Source of the DNA: Bacteroidales bacterium
Lineage (GTDB): Bacteria > Bacteroidota > Bacteroidia > Bacteroidales > UBA10428
NCBI GenBank assembly: GCA_016936215.1
Contig: JAFGPL010000099.1
Coordinates: 4,190-68,189, forward strand
DNA length: 64,000 nt
Direction of reading: 5' to 3'
Shown in pieces: positions 49,601-57,526 of this stretch (positions are counted from its first letter, which is position 1; the number at the start of each line of letters is the position of its first letter). A program made the translations under genes and the position numbers. Under the pieces are notes generated by a model that did not search any database, had not been told where the DNA came from, and was given only the letters and a program-made list of their open reading frames with translations.

Positions 49601-50138
49601 TGCCGGAGGTTTTATTACGTTTTATCTTGACGGGGAAGCCAAACAAGGTCCAAATCATGTATTATTTAAAGCTGACCCGGATGGAGAGTCAATTTACCTG
49701 ACACAAAAAGTTGGTGAAAACTTAATAATGCTCGATTCAGTTCACTTTGACCTGCTGGTTGAAGGTTATTCATATGGTAAATATTCAGACGGTACTGGTA
49801 CATGGCAACACATGATAAATATGACCCCTGATGGTCCTAATGACCCTGCCCGTTTAAATAATCAAAGAGATTACCCGGAGTTGACAGATCATATTACCGT
49901 TTATCCAAACCCTGCAAAAGATTATATGTATGTTAACCTGAATGGAATATATCCGGAAAATAATGATTTCAGCATTGATATCGTTGATTTAAGCGGTAAG
50001 ACTGTTCGGCTGCGTAACCTTCTGAATAATGGGAATAACCGTATGGATATAAGTGGAATAAAGTCGGGATTTTACCTTGTACGTTTATTTCAGGGGCAAT
50101 TATTAATAAAATCATACAAATTAATTATTCATAATTAA
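46698..50138 (+). CDS. LTD-CotH-(extra jelly-roll-like module)-LTD protein with T9SS C-terminal sorting domain
   Basis: 1146 aa. Collinear paralog of 43596-46541 (YWGLMNFREKTNEDYI, YDTDFGFG, VYPNPAKDYM), plus an insertion of about 175 aa at aa 701-875. Confidence 0.8.
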   Translation: MKFIYFLFLFVSLNFTVHAQLIINEISATNATSHYETDFYNFPDFIELYNQESIAISLSDYYISDDPDYLKKWQLPNYRLGTGKYYLIYCDNKSTGRHTNFGLDADGESVFLSNSSGIIIDQVTYGKQYTDISYGRGTDQYNRWYYCQQPTPGAANTVSESIEQAPRVQYSLQAGRLNAFTPLNMTGDIVRYTTNGTEPSGAASLFSSPLNINKTMVVKTKNYDDYFLPSITYANTFFYNEHNFTLPVLSLSYNPEYFTDNTIGIYVVGTNGIEGNCYGKANWNQKWERTAYMEYFDEKGIKQISQPVGVKVSGGCSRSFTDQKSLSIYARGKYGNADFDYPFFKEKPYLVKSQSLFLRNSGNDVNATQLRDAFLQALAKGSVDIDFQAYQPVITYFNGSYWGLMNFREKTNEDYIYGNYAILDDSVDFLEGNLRSGLSNNYSAIRGSLTDYEEIINFISTHSLENDSDYNYVASKIDLREYLNYTAFQIYIANTDWPGNNLKFWKKSENGKWRWILYDTDFGFGATSYDHQTIEFATEQNGPDWPNPPWATLLFRKLMENQGFQNMFASKLLTLRNTIFHPDWCTFVMDSLSSIIDYEITFQKNRWGGSRNDWFNSINSLKSFATARYNFIPGYIANYFGFTGDDVVISISNSNPFQGEVAVNESVIRNYPFSMTTYKNLELSIKAMPAKGYRFKQWNYTTGYQIIPVISLGSEWSYLDTASGYPAGWNDLAFGDTLWAEGYAKLGYGDGNEVTTISYGPDAGNKIPAALFRKSFFLDDTAGMNGFLLTLNADDGAVVYLNGTEVHRFNMPAGNVEFSTYAASANEITQSQVNIDKNLLKPGENVIACEVHQANGTSSDLGFDLSLEYTLITQPEGEIFSHHSLLISDSSFNIAIEPVFEPIVPTNGIMLNEVAAVSAKFRDEYGEKSGFVELCNTSDEEIILYSYFISDKPENLMRFAIPDSTVIPAGGFITFYLDGEAKQGPNHVLFKADPDGESIYLTQKVGENLIMLDSVHFDLLVEGYSYGKYSDGTGTWQHMINMTPDGPNDPARLNNQRDYPELTDHITVYPNPAKDYMYVNLNGIYPENNDFSIDIVDLSGKTVRLRNLLNNGNNRMDISGIKSGFYLVRLFQGQLLIKSYKLIIHN

Positions 50139-50479
50139 CTGTATATTAGTTATATATAGTTAAATTTCTTATCGTTGGCCCAAACATTTGTTATTTTCAT
50201 AACATCATGTAATACAATTGTATATATTCGTCTCTTAAGATAAAGTTTAATAAGGCTTTGAGAACCTTCACTGTTATTTGTAAAAGTGATATAAATCAGC
50301 TCTAATTAGCATTTTTATTATTTTATAGGTATAGTAATTTAGATTCAATATAAAATATAATGCGCTATTATAAAAGATATCTGTATGTTATTATAATAAC
50401 AATTTAATTTTTATTTTTACGTCAGGATTAAATTCGGTTTTAATTCAATAAAAGATGTAACAAATTAAATTATAATAAT

Positions 50480-50995
50480 ATGGGTGAGAAGAGTGCTCAG
50501 CAGGAAAAAGTTTGTAAGTGTCACGATTCAATTAGTGAAGAACAGTACTACGAGCAGCTTGACGATATTATCGATCAGCATATTGAAAAAGAAGGTGCTT
50601 TGATTCCTATTTTGCAGTCGGTACAAAACCTTTTCGGCTATCTGCCGGAGGCAGCATTACGAAAAATAAGCAGAAGGCTGAACAAACCATATAGCGAAGT
50701 AGCCGGGGTTGTAGGGTTTTATTCATATTTTTCTACCATACCAAAAGGTGAAAATACCATTCGTGTTTGCCTGGGTACAGCCTGTTATGTGAGAGGTGGT
50801 AAAGACGTTTTAAAAGCACTGAGTGATGAATTAAAAATTGGTGTTGGAGAAACAACAGAAGACCGGAAATTTTCGCTGGAAGTAGGAAGATGTTTTGGTG
50901 CTTGCGGTCTGGCACCGGTGATTATGATCAATGATGAGGTTTTTCAAAAAGTCAAGCCTTCCAGGATAAATGAAATTCTTAGCAGTTACAGATAG
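50480..50995 (+). CDS. hydC: NuoE-like [2Fe-2S] subunit of a HydABC-type hydrogenase
   Basis: 171 aa. Thioredoxin-like ferredoxin Cys pattern CLGTACYVRGG ... GRCFGACGLAP. Confidence 0.85.
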   Translation: MGEKSAQQEKVCKCHDSISEEQYYEQLDDIIDQHIEKEGALIPILQSVQNLFGYLPEAALRKISRRLNKPYSEVAGVVGFYSYFSTIPKGENTIRVCLGTACYVRGGKDVLKALSDELKIGVGETTEDRKFSLEVGRCFGACGLAPVIMINDEVFQKVKPSRINEILSSYR

Positions 50996-51026
50996 AATCA
51001 ATTTGAATTAAAAGATTTTACCCAAT

Positions 51027-54000
51027 ATGCAGAAAATTACTACAGCAAAAGATTTATCAGATTTTCGCAAAAACCTGATTCATGAAGCAACTAACTCCGA
51101 AATACGTGAAAAAATCCTTGTATGTACCGGTGGTGGTTGTATAGCTTCCGGTTCATTGAAAATAAAAGACGCTTTTAATCAAAAACTTAAAGAAAAGAAT
51201 CTCGATAAAACAGTTAAAGTAATTGGTACAGGATGCCTTGGTCCATGCTCCAAAGGGCCGGTTGTTATTCTGGCCAGCAGTCGCACATTTTATCAGGAGC
51301 TAACAGTTAATGATGTGGATGAAATTATCGAAAGCCACATAATTGGAGGAAAGGCTGTGGAGCGGTTAACCTACCGTAAAGAAACCGGCAGCGTTCCTGT
51401 GCCGCTTGAAAAAGACATTGATTTCTTTAAAAAGCAGACAAAAATTGTGCTTCGGAATTGCGGATCAATTGATCCATACAGCATTAACGACTATATAAGC
51501 GCCGGCGGATATGAAGCACTTTCCAAAGCAATTAATCAAATGAAACCGGAAAATGTAATTGAAGAAATGCAGAAGTCAGGATTGAGGGGACGCGGAGGTG
51601 CAGGTTTTCCGACATACCTCAAATGGAAACTGGCAGCTAAAAATGATTCAGACCAAAAATATATATTGTGTAATGCCGACGAAGGCGATCCCGGTGCATA
51701 TATGGACCGCAGCATTCTTGAAGGCGATCCGCACAGCGTGATCGAAGGAATGGCCATTGGCGCTTATGCTATTGGTGCAACCAAAGGATACATCTATGTC
51801 CGTGCTGAATATCCCCTTGCTGTTGAGAGGTTAAACAATGCCATCAGCCAGGCCACGCAAATGGGATTACTGGGAAAGAACATCATGGGGTCGGGTTTCA
51901 ATTTTGAACTCGATATCAGGATGGGTTCCGGGGCATTCGTCTGTGGCGAAGAGACCGCCCTTATCGCTTCAATTGAGGGAAAAAGGGGCGAGCCACGACC
52001 TAGACCGCCCTTCCCTGCACAATCAGGCTTGTGGGGAAAACCAACGGTTCTGAATAATGTTGAAACTTTTGCAAATGTAACAGCTATTGTCATCAATGGA
52101 GGGGAATGGTTTGCATCATTTGGCACAGATAAGAGCAAAGGAACAAAAATATTTGCCCTTGCCGGCGCTATCGCTAATTCGGGTCTTTTTGAAGTACCTA
52201 TTGGAACAACCCTGGGTGACCTTTTGTATGATATCGGGGGGGGAACGAGCAGCGGAAAACCTTTCAAAGCTGCCCAGATAGGCGGTCCTTCGGGAGGTTG
52301 CATTCCAAAACATCATCTTAATGTGTCACTTGATTATGAGTCGCTGAATGAACTTGGTGCCATTATGGGGTCGGGCGGGCTCATCGTTATGGATGAAGAT
52401 TCTTGTATGGTAGATGTGGCAAGGTTCTTTCTTGAATTTGTACAGGAGGAATCGTGTGGAAAATGCACCCCTTGCCGTGTAGGGACAAAACGCATGCTTG
52501 AAATAGTTGAGAACATCTGTGCCGGTAAAGGCAAACCGGAAGATATTGACAAACTCATTGAACTTGGAGAAAAAATAAAGAAAACGGCACTTTGCGGGCT
52601 TGGCCAGTCAGCGCCAAACCCTGTATTATCAACCCTGAGGTACTTCAGGCACGAATACGAGGCGCATATTTTTCAGAAAACATGTCCGGCAGGTGTATGC
52701 CCCGGGTTGGTAAGGGCACCTTGTCAAAGCGCTTGCCCTGCGCATGTTGATGTACCTGGTTTTGTTTCACTTGTTGGTGAAAAAAGATACGCCGAAGCAC
52801 TAAGGTTGCACAGGGAAAGAAATCCCTTCGCGGCAATTTGCGCCAGGGTTTGTTTCCATACCTGCGAGGATAAATGCCGCAGATCAACCATAGACGATCC
52901 GGTTTCTATAAGGGCAGTGAAACGTTTTATGGTTGACCAGGAAATAACTGTCCAGTTACCTGAAATTCGCGAGAACAGCCATAATGCCCAAAGAAAAATA
53001 GCAATTATTGGTGCCGGGCCGGCAGGTCTTTCATGTGCTTATTTCCTGGCCAGGCTGGGTTATAAGCCTAAGGTTTTTGAAGCCGAGCAAAGACCCGGTG
53101 GTATGCTTGTACAGACAATCCCTGCCTATAGGCTTCCCCGTGAGGTATTGTTCCGTGAGATAAGGATGATAGAAAATATGGGGGTTGACATCGAAACAGG
53201 TAAAAAACTCGGCAAAGATTTCACGCTTTCCGATCTTAAAGAAATGGGATTTGAAGCTGTATTTCTTGGAGTTGGTACACCTTCAGGCATGATACCTAAT
53301 ATACCCGGTATAGAAGCAGACGGTATTGCCGACGCCCTTAAATTTTTACAGACTTATAACCTTCGCGGATCTGTTCCCGTTGGCAAAAGAATAATTGTGG
53401 TTGGTGGTGGTAATGCAGCCATTGATGCTGCAAGAACTGCCTTGAGGCTTGGTTCTGAGGAGGTTCACATTGTTTACAGGAGAACACAGGACGAAATGCC
53501 AGCCTGGGCAGAAGAGATTGAAGCAGCCATTGAAGAAGGAATTCAGCTTCACACACTCACCAATCCTGTTGAAATCCTTCAGACAAACGGAAAGGTATCA
53601 GGTGTAAAATGTATTGAAATGAAGCTGGGCGAATTTGACAAGAGCGGAAGAAGGAGGCCCGAAGCCAGCGATAAATCCTTTGTTATTGAATCGGATCAGG
53701 TTATTCTGGCAACCGGTCAGACACTGGATTGCAGCACACTATTCAATGGCATACAGCTTGAAACAATATCAAATTCCAAAATAAAAGCTGATCCTTATAC
53801 TGGCCAGACATCAGTTCCGTGGATATTTACCGGGGGAGATGCTGCTACCGGGCCGTCATCGGTTATCGAAGCTGTTGCAGGCGGTGAAAAAGCAGCCGTT
53901 GGCATAGATCATTTTCTAACAGGCGAAGACCATGCTTTCTGGCGTAAAGAGATAAAAGTAGATACCTTCTTCGACCCTGATGATGAACCCGCCCCCTTTC

Positions 54001-54134
54001 CGCGTAAAAATCTGAGCTTATTGGCAGCAGAGCGCCGCAGGTTCAATTTCGACGAAGTGGAGCAGGTATATACCGAAGGTGAAGCTATTCGCCAGGCAAA
54101 AAGATGCTTAAGATGTGATTATGGCAAGTGTTAA
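51027..54134 (+). CDS. hydB: NuoF-like flavoprotein subunit fused to GltD/NfnB-like NAD(P)H-FAD oxidoreductase module
   Basis: 1035 aa. N-terminal [2Fe-2S] domain (CTGGGC...GCLGPC), then GLRGRGGAGFPT, CNADEGDPGAYMDR and ESCGKCTPCRVG. From about aa 553: CPAHVDVPGF...NPFAAICARVCFHTCEDKC, IAIIGAGPAGLSCAYFLARLG, IIVVGGGNAAIDAART. Confidence 0.85.
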   Translation: MQKITTAKDLSDFRKNLIHEATNSEIREKILVCTGGGCIASGSLKIKDAFNQKLKEKNLDKTVKVIGTGCLGPCSKGPVVILASSRTFYQELTVNDVDEIIESHIIGGKAVERLTYRKETGSVPVPLEKDIDFFKKQTKIVLRNCGSIDPYSINDYISAGGYEALSKAINQMKPENVIEEMQKSGLRGRGGAGFPTYLKWKLAAKNDSDQKYILCNADEGDPGAYMDRSILEGDPHSVIEGMAIGAYAIGATKGYIYVRAEYPLAVERLNNAISQATQMGLLGKNIMGSGFNFELDIRMGSGAFVCGEETALIASIEGKRGEPRPRPPFPAQSGLWGKPTVLNNVETFANVTAIVINGGEWFASFGTDKSKGTKIFALAGAIANSGLFEVPIGTTLGDLLYDIGGGTSSGKPFKAAQIGGPSGGCIPKHHLNVSLDYESLNELGAIMGSGGLIVMDEDSCMVDVARFFLEFVQEESCGKCTPCRVGTKRMLEIVENICAGKGKPEDIDKLIELGEKIKKTALCGLGQSAPNPVLSTLRYFRHEYEAHIFQKTCPAGVCPGLVRAPCQSACPAHVDVPGFVSLVGEKRYAEALRLHRERNPFAAICARVCFHTCEDKCRRSTIDDPVSIRAVKRFMVDQEITVQLPEIRENSHNAQRKIAIIGAGPAGLSCAYFLARLGYKPKVFEAEQRPGGMLVQTIPAYRLPREVLFREIRMIENMGVDIETGKKLGKDFTLSDLKEMGFEAVFLGVGTPSGMIPNIPGIEADGIADALKFLQTYNLRGSVPVGKRIIVVGGGNAAIDAARTALRLGSEEVHIVYRRTQDEMPAWAEEIEAAIEEGIQLHTLTNPVEILQTNGKVSGVKCIEMKLGEFDKSGRRRPEASDKSFVIESDQVILATGQTLDCSTLFNGIQLETISNSKIKADPYTGQTSVPWIFTGGDAATGPSSVIEAVAGGEKAAVGIDHFLTGEDHAFWRKEIKVDTFFDPDDEPAPFPRKNLSLLAAERRRFNFDEVEQVYTEGEAIRQAKRCLRCDYGKC

Positions 54135-54155
54135 TCTTTAAAAAAGTCAAAAAGT

Positions 54156-55922
54156 ATGGTTTCTTTATATATAAATAATACAAAAGTTGAAGTACCCGAA
54201 GGCAGTACTATTCTTAATGCAGCTCAAAAAGCAGGTTATAATATTCCTACCTTATGTCACCTTGAATCGCAGATACCCAAAGGTGCCTGTCGTGTTTGCA
54301 TGGTTGAGGTGGAAGGTGCAAAATCCCTTGTGGCTTCTTGCGCGGCTCCCGTAGCAGAAGGTATGAAGGTAATCACCAACAGCAAAACAGTTCGGGAGGC
54401 CAGAAAATTCGTAGTTGAATTGCTGATTTCCGAACATTGCGGTGATTGCAAAACCTGCGACAGGAATAACGATTGTGAGTTGCAGGCATTGGCTTATAGC
54501 CTTGGCATCAAAGATACAAGATTTGAAGGCGAATGCCTTGAGAGTATCATAGACGATTCAACGCCTGCATTGGTCAGGGACAGCGGTAAATGTATCAAGT
54601 GCAGACGATGTGTAACAGTGTGTAACGAGATACAGAGCGTAGGCTCGCTTTTTGCACAGGGACGGGGTTTCGATTCTACTATTGGCCCTGCTTTTGAGCA
54701 AAACCTTGCCGAAGTGCCATGTGTTCAGTGTGGACAGTGTGCAGCGGTTTGTCCCGTGGGGGCTATCACAGAAAAAGATCATATTGCAAGTGTTTGGGAA
54801 GCTTTGGATGATCCCGATAAATTTGTGGTTGTCCAGACAGCACCAGCAATCCGCGCAGCCCTTGGTGAATGCTTTGGTTATGAGCCAGGAACCCTTGTAA
54901 CAGGGAAAATGGTTACAGCCTTGCGCATACTTGGGTTTGACAGGATATTTGACACGAATTTCACTGCCGACTTAACAATTATGGAAGAGGGAACAGAGCT
55001 TTTATTGCGCCTGAAAAAAGCGCTGGTAAACAAAGAAAAGGTTGCCCTTCCCCAGTTTACCAGTTGTTCTCCCGGGTGGATCAAATACGCAGAATATTTT
55101 TATCCCGACTATCTTGACAATATTTCAACCTGTAAATCACCGCAACAAATGTTCGGTTCGGTAGCAAAAACTTATTATGCAGAGAAAATCGGGAGAAAAC
55201 CTGAGGATATTGTAGTGGTATCTGTTATGCCCTGCACAGCCAAGAAATTTGAAGCACAGCGGCCTGAAATGAATGACAGTGGTGTTCAGGATGTTGATTA
55301 CGTGCTTACTACGCGTGAACTCGGCAGGATGATCCAGCAGGCGGGAATAGATTTCAGGGAATTGCCTGATGATAAAATGGACTCACCGCTTGGAATGTCT
55401 TCTGGGGCGGCTGATATTTTTGCCAATACCGGAGGGGTAATGGAAGCCGCTGTAAGGACAGTATATGAGATTGTAACAGGTAAGGAACTGCCCTTGGAAA
55501 AACTGCATATCGTTCCTATAATGGGCCTTGAAGGTGTTAAAAAAGCATCTTTGAAAATCACAGGTACAAAACCCGAATGGGGTTTTCTGGAAGGTGTGGA
55601 ATTAAAAGTGGGTGTGGCGCATGGCCTTGGTAATGCCAAAAAAATAATTGAAGCAATGCGTGCTGGGGAAGAGTTTCACTTTATTGAAGTAATGACATGC
55701 CCGGGAGGTTGTATAGGCGGCGGAGGCCAGCCAAGGTTTACAACCGACGAAGTGCGCAAAAAGCGTATTGAGGCTATCTATGCAGAAGATGAAGGCAAAC
55801 AGCTAAGAAAATCGCATGATAACCCGGAGATTAAACAGATTTACGAAGAATTTTTAGGAGAGCCACTAAGTCACTTGTCGCACAAACTATTGCATACACA
55901 TTACGTTTCGAGGATGAATTAA
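54156..55922 (+). CDS. hydA: [FeFe]-hydrogenase catalytic subunit (M3-type: 2Fe-2S, His-ligated 4Fe-4S, 2x 4Fe-4S, H-domain)
   Basis: 588 aa. HCGDCKTCDRNNDCELQ, CIKCRRCVTVC, CVQCGQCAAVCP. H-cluster motifs L1 FTSCSPGW (atypical), L2 MPCTAKKFE, L3 EVMTCPGGCIGGGGQP. Confidence 0.9.
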   Translation: MVSLYINNTKVEVPEGSTILNAAQKAGYNIPTLCHLESQIPKGACRVCMVEVEGAKSLVASCAAPVAEGMKVITNSKTVREARKFVVELLISEHCGDCKTCDRNNDCELQALAYSLGIKDTRFEGECLESIIDDSTPALVRDSGKCIKCRRCVTVCNEIQSVGSLFAQGRGFDSTIGPAFEQNLAEVPCVQCGQCAAVCPVGAITEKDHIASVWEALDDPDKFVVVQTAPAIRAALGECFGYEPGTLVTGKMVTALRILGFDRIFDTNFTADLTIMEEGTELLLRLKKALVNKEKVALPQFTSCSPGWIKYAEYFYPDYLDNISTCKSPQQMFGSVAKTYYAEKIGRKPEDIVVVSVMPCTAKKFEAQRPEMNDSGVQDVDYVLTTRELGRMIQQAGIDFRELPDDKMDSPLGMSSGAADIFANTGGVMEAAVRTVYEIVTGKELPLEKLHIVPIMGLEGVKKASLKITGTKPEWGFLEGVELKVGVAHGLGNAKKIIEAMRAGEEFHFIEVMTCPGGCIGGGGQPRFTTDEVRKKRIEAIYAEDEGKQLRKSHDNPEIKQIYEEFLGEPLSHLSHKLLHTHYVSRMN

Positions 55923-55949
55923 TTTTGATAAGAAAATACCGGAATTTGT

Positions 55950-56699
55950 TTACACATAAATCATTTTTCGGGTCATACCTCCATCCACAATAAAGTTTTG
56001 ACCGGTGATGAAGCTGTTTTTTTCATCGGTTAGAAAAAAGATTGTATTCACAATATCAGAAGCCTGTCCTACCCTTCCTGCCGGGTGCTGTGAATGGTCT
56101 GCATCGGTTAGGGCCGGTTCTTTAATGCCTGATGTTTTTTTATGCATAGAAACATCTATCCATCCCGGACTGATACAATTCACCCTTACCTCCGGGCCAA
56201 GGCTTATCGCCAGGGCATGTGTAAGCGAAATAATTCCGCCTTTAGAAGCCGAATAAGCTTCAGTATCAGGTTCGGACATAAAAGCCCTTGTTGATGAAAT
56301 ATTAATAATTGAACCCTTTGTTCTTTTAAGATGCTGCGAGGCATGCTTTGAACACAAAAATGCCCCTGTCAGGTTTACACCCATAACTTTGTTCCATTCG
56401 TCAAGTGAAAGCAATTCTACGGGCTTATTTATGGCAATTGCAGCATTGTTTACCACAATATGAATACCGTCCGACCATTCAGCAATCTGACTGATAGAGC
56501 GGGATATGTCATCTTCAACAGATACATCACAGTGAAAAAAATGAATACCGGAATAATCCCTGTTTTTTTTTAGATCTTCAATAGCTTCAGTATCAAGGTC
56601 AAGCACTACTGTTTTATACCCTTTTTTGAAGAAGCTGAGAGCGGTTATACGACCTATTCCCTGGGCTCCCCCGGTGATGATTGCTGTTTTTTGGTTCAT
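55950..56699 (-). CDS. short-chain dehydrogenase/reductase (SDR)
   Basis: TGGAQGIGR, NNAA and YSASKGG (YxxxK). The longest ORF starts at 56753. The Met at 56699 (MNQKTAIITGG) fits SDR N-termini and removes the overlap with the divergent gene. Confidence 0.85.
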   Translation of the reverse strand: MNQKTAIITGGAQGIGRITALSFFKKGYKTVVLDLDTEAIEDLKKNRDYSGIHFFHCDVSVEDDISRSISQIAEWSDGIHIVVNNAAIAINKPVELLSLDEWNKVMGVNLTGAFLCSKHASQHLKRTKGSIINISSTRAFMSEPDTEAYSASKGGIISLTHALAISLGPEVRVNCISPGWIDVSMHKKTSGIKEPALTDADHSQHPAGRVGQASDIVNTIFFLTDEKNSFITGQNFIVDGGMTRKMIYV

Positions 56700-56743
56700 T
56701 AAATGTATATTTGGAAAATTTTTTGTATAAAAATAGTTAAACC

Positions 56744-57424
56744 ATGTACACAAACCAAAAAGGCTTTAAATATCTCGATGTACTTACCGGACTGTTTGTT
56801 GCTGTGCTCCTGATTTCGAATATCGCTTCTACAAAAATTCTTGTTCTATGGAAATTTACATTTGATGGCGGTACCATTCTTTTCCCGCTCAGCTATATCT
56901 TTGGTGACATCCTTACGGAAGTATATGGTTATCAAAAGTCGAGAAGGGTAATCTGGACCGGTTTCTTCAGCGCCCTTCTCATGTCGCTGGTATTTTATCT
57001 GGTACAGGTTCTTCCCCCGGCTGCCGACTGGGCGCACCAGCAAGCTTTTGAAAACCTTCTGGGATTTGTTCCACGAATTGTAATTGCCAGTCTTGTTGCA
57101 TACTTTGCCGGTGAGTTCTCCAATTCGTATATTCTATCTAGGTTGAAGATAAAAACGGGAGGCAAATTTCTATGGGTTCGCACAATTGCTTCTACACTTG
57201 CAGGTGAAGGAATAGATACAGCAATATTCTGCATGGTTGCATTTTATGGTGTATTACCGGCAGGACTGCTCTGGTCTGTCATCATATCCAATTATATTTT
57301 CAAATGTACCGTTGAGGTTTTATTTACACCGGTAACATATGCTATTGTAGGATTTCTGAAGAAAAAAGAAAATGAAGACCATTATGACAGGGGGATCAAT
57401 TATAATCCGTTTGTGTTCAAATAA
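56744..57424 (+). CDS. yhhQ: YhhQ/VUT-family (DUF165) queuosine-precursor transporter-like membrane protein
   Basis: 226 aa, about 6 TM helices. Block GGTILFPLSYIFGDILTEVYGYQKSRRVIW. Confidence 0.7.
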   Translation: MYTNQKGFKYLDVLTGLFVAVLLISNIASTKILVLWKFTFDGGTILFPLSYIFGDILTEVYGYQKSRRVIWTGFFSALLMSLVFYLVQVLPPAADWAHQQAFENLLGFVPRIVIASLVAYFAGEFSNSYILSRLKIKTGGKFLWVRTIASTLAGEGIDTAIFCMVAFYGVLPAGLLWSVIISNYIFKCTVEVLFTPVTYAIVGFLKKKENEDHYDRGINYNPFVFK

Positions 57425-57526
57425 ACACGGTTTGATTTTTCCCGCAGATCGTGCCGATTTACGTTGATGGTTACAGTCTTAAAATCCTTTGTCATATAAT
57501 TTAGGTAAACAATAAAACCTTGAATT

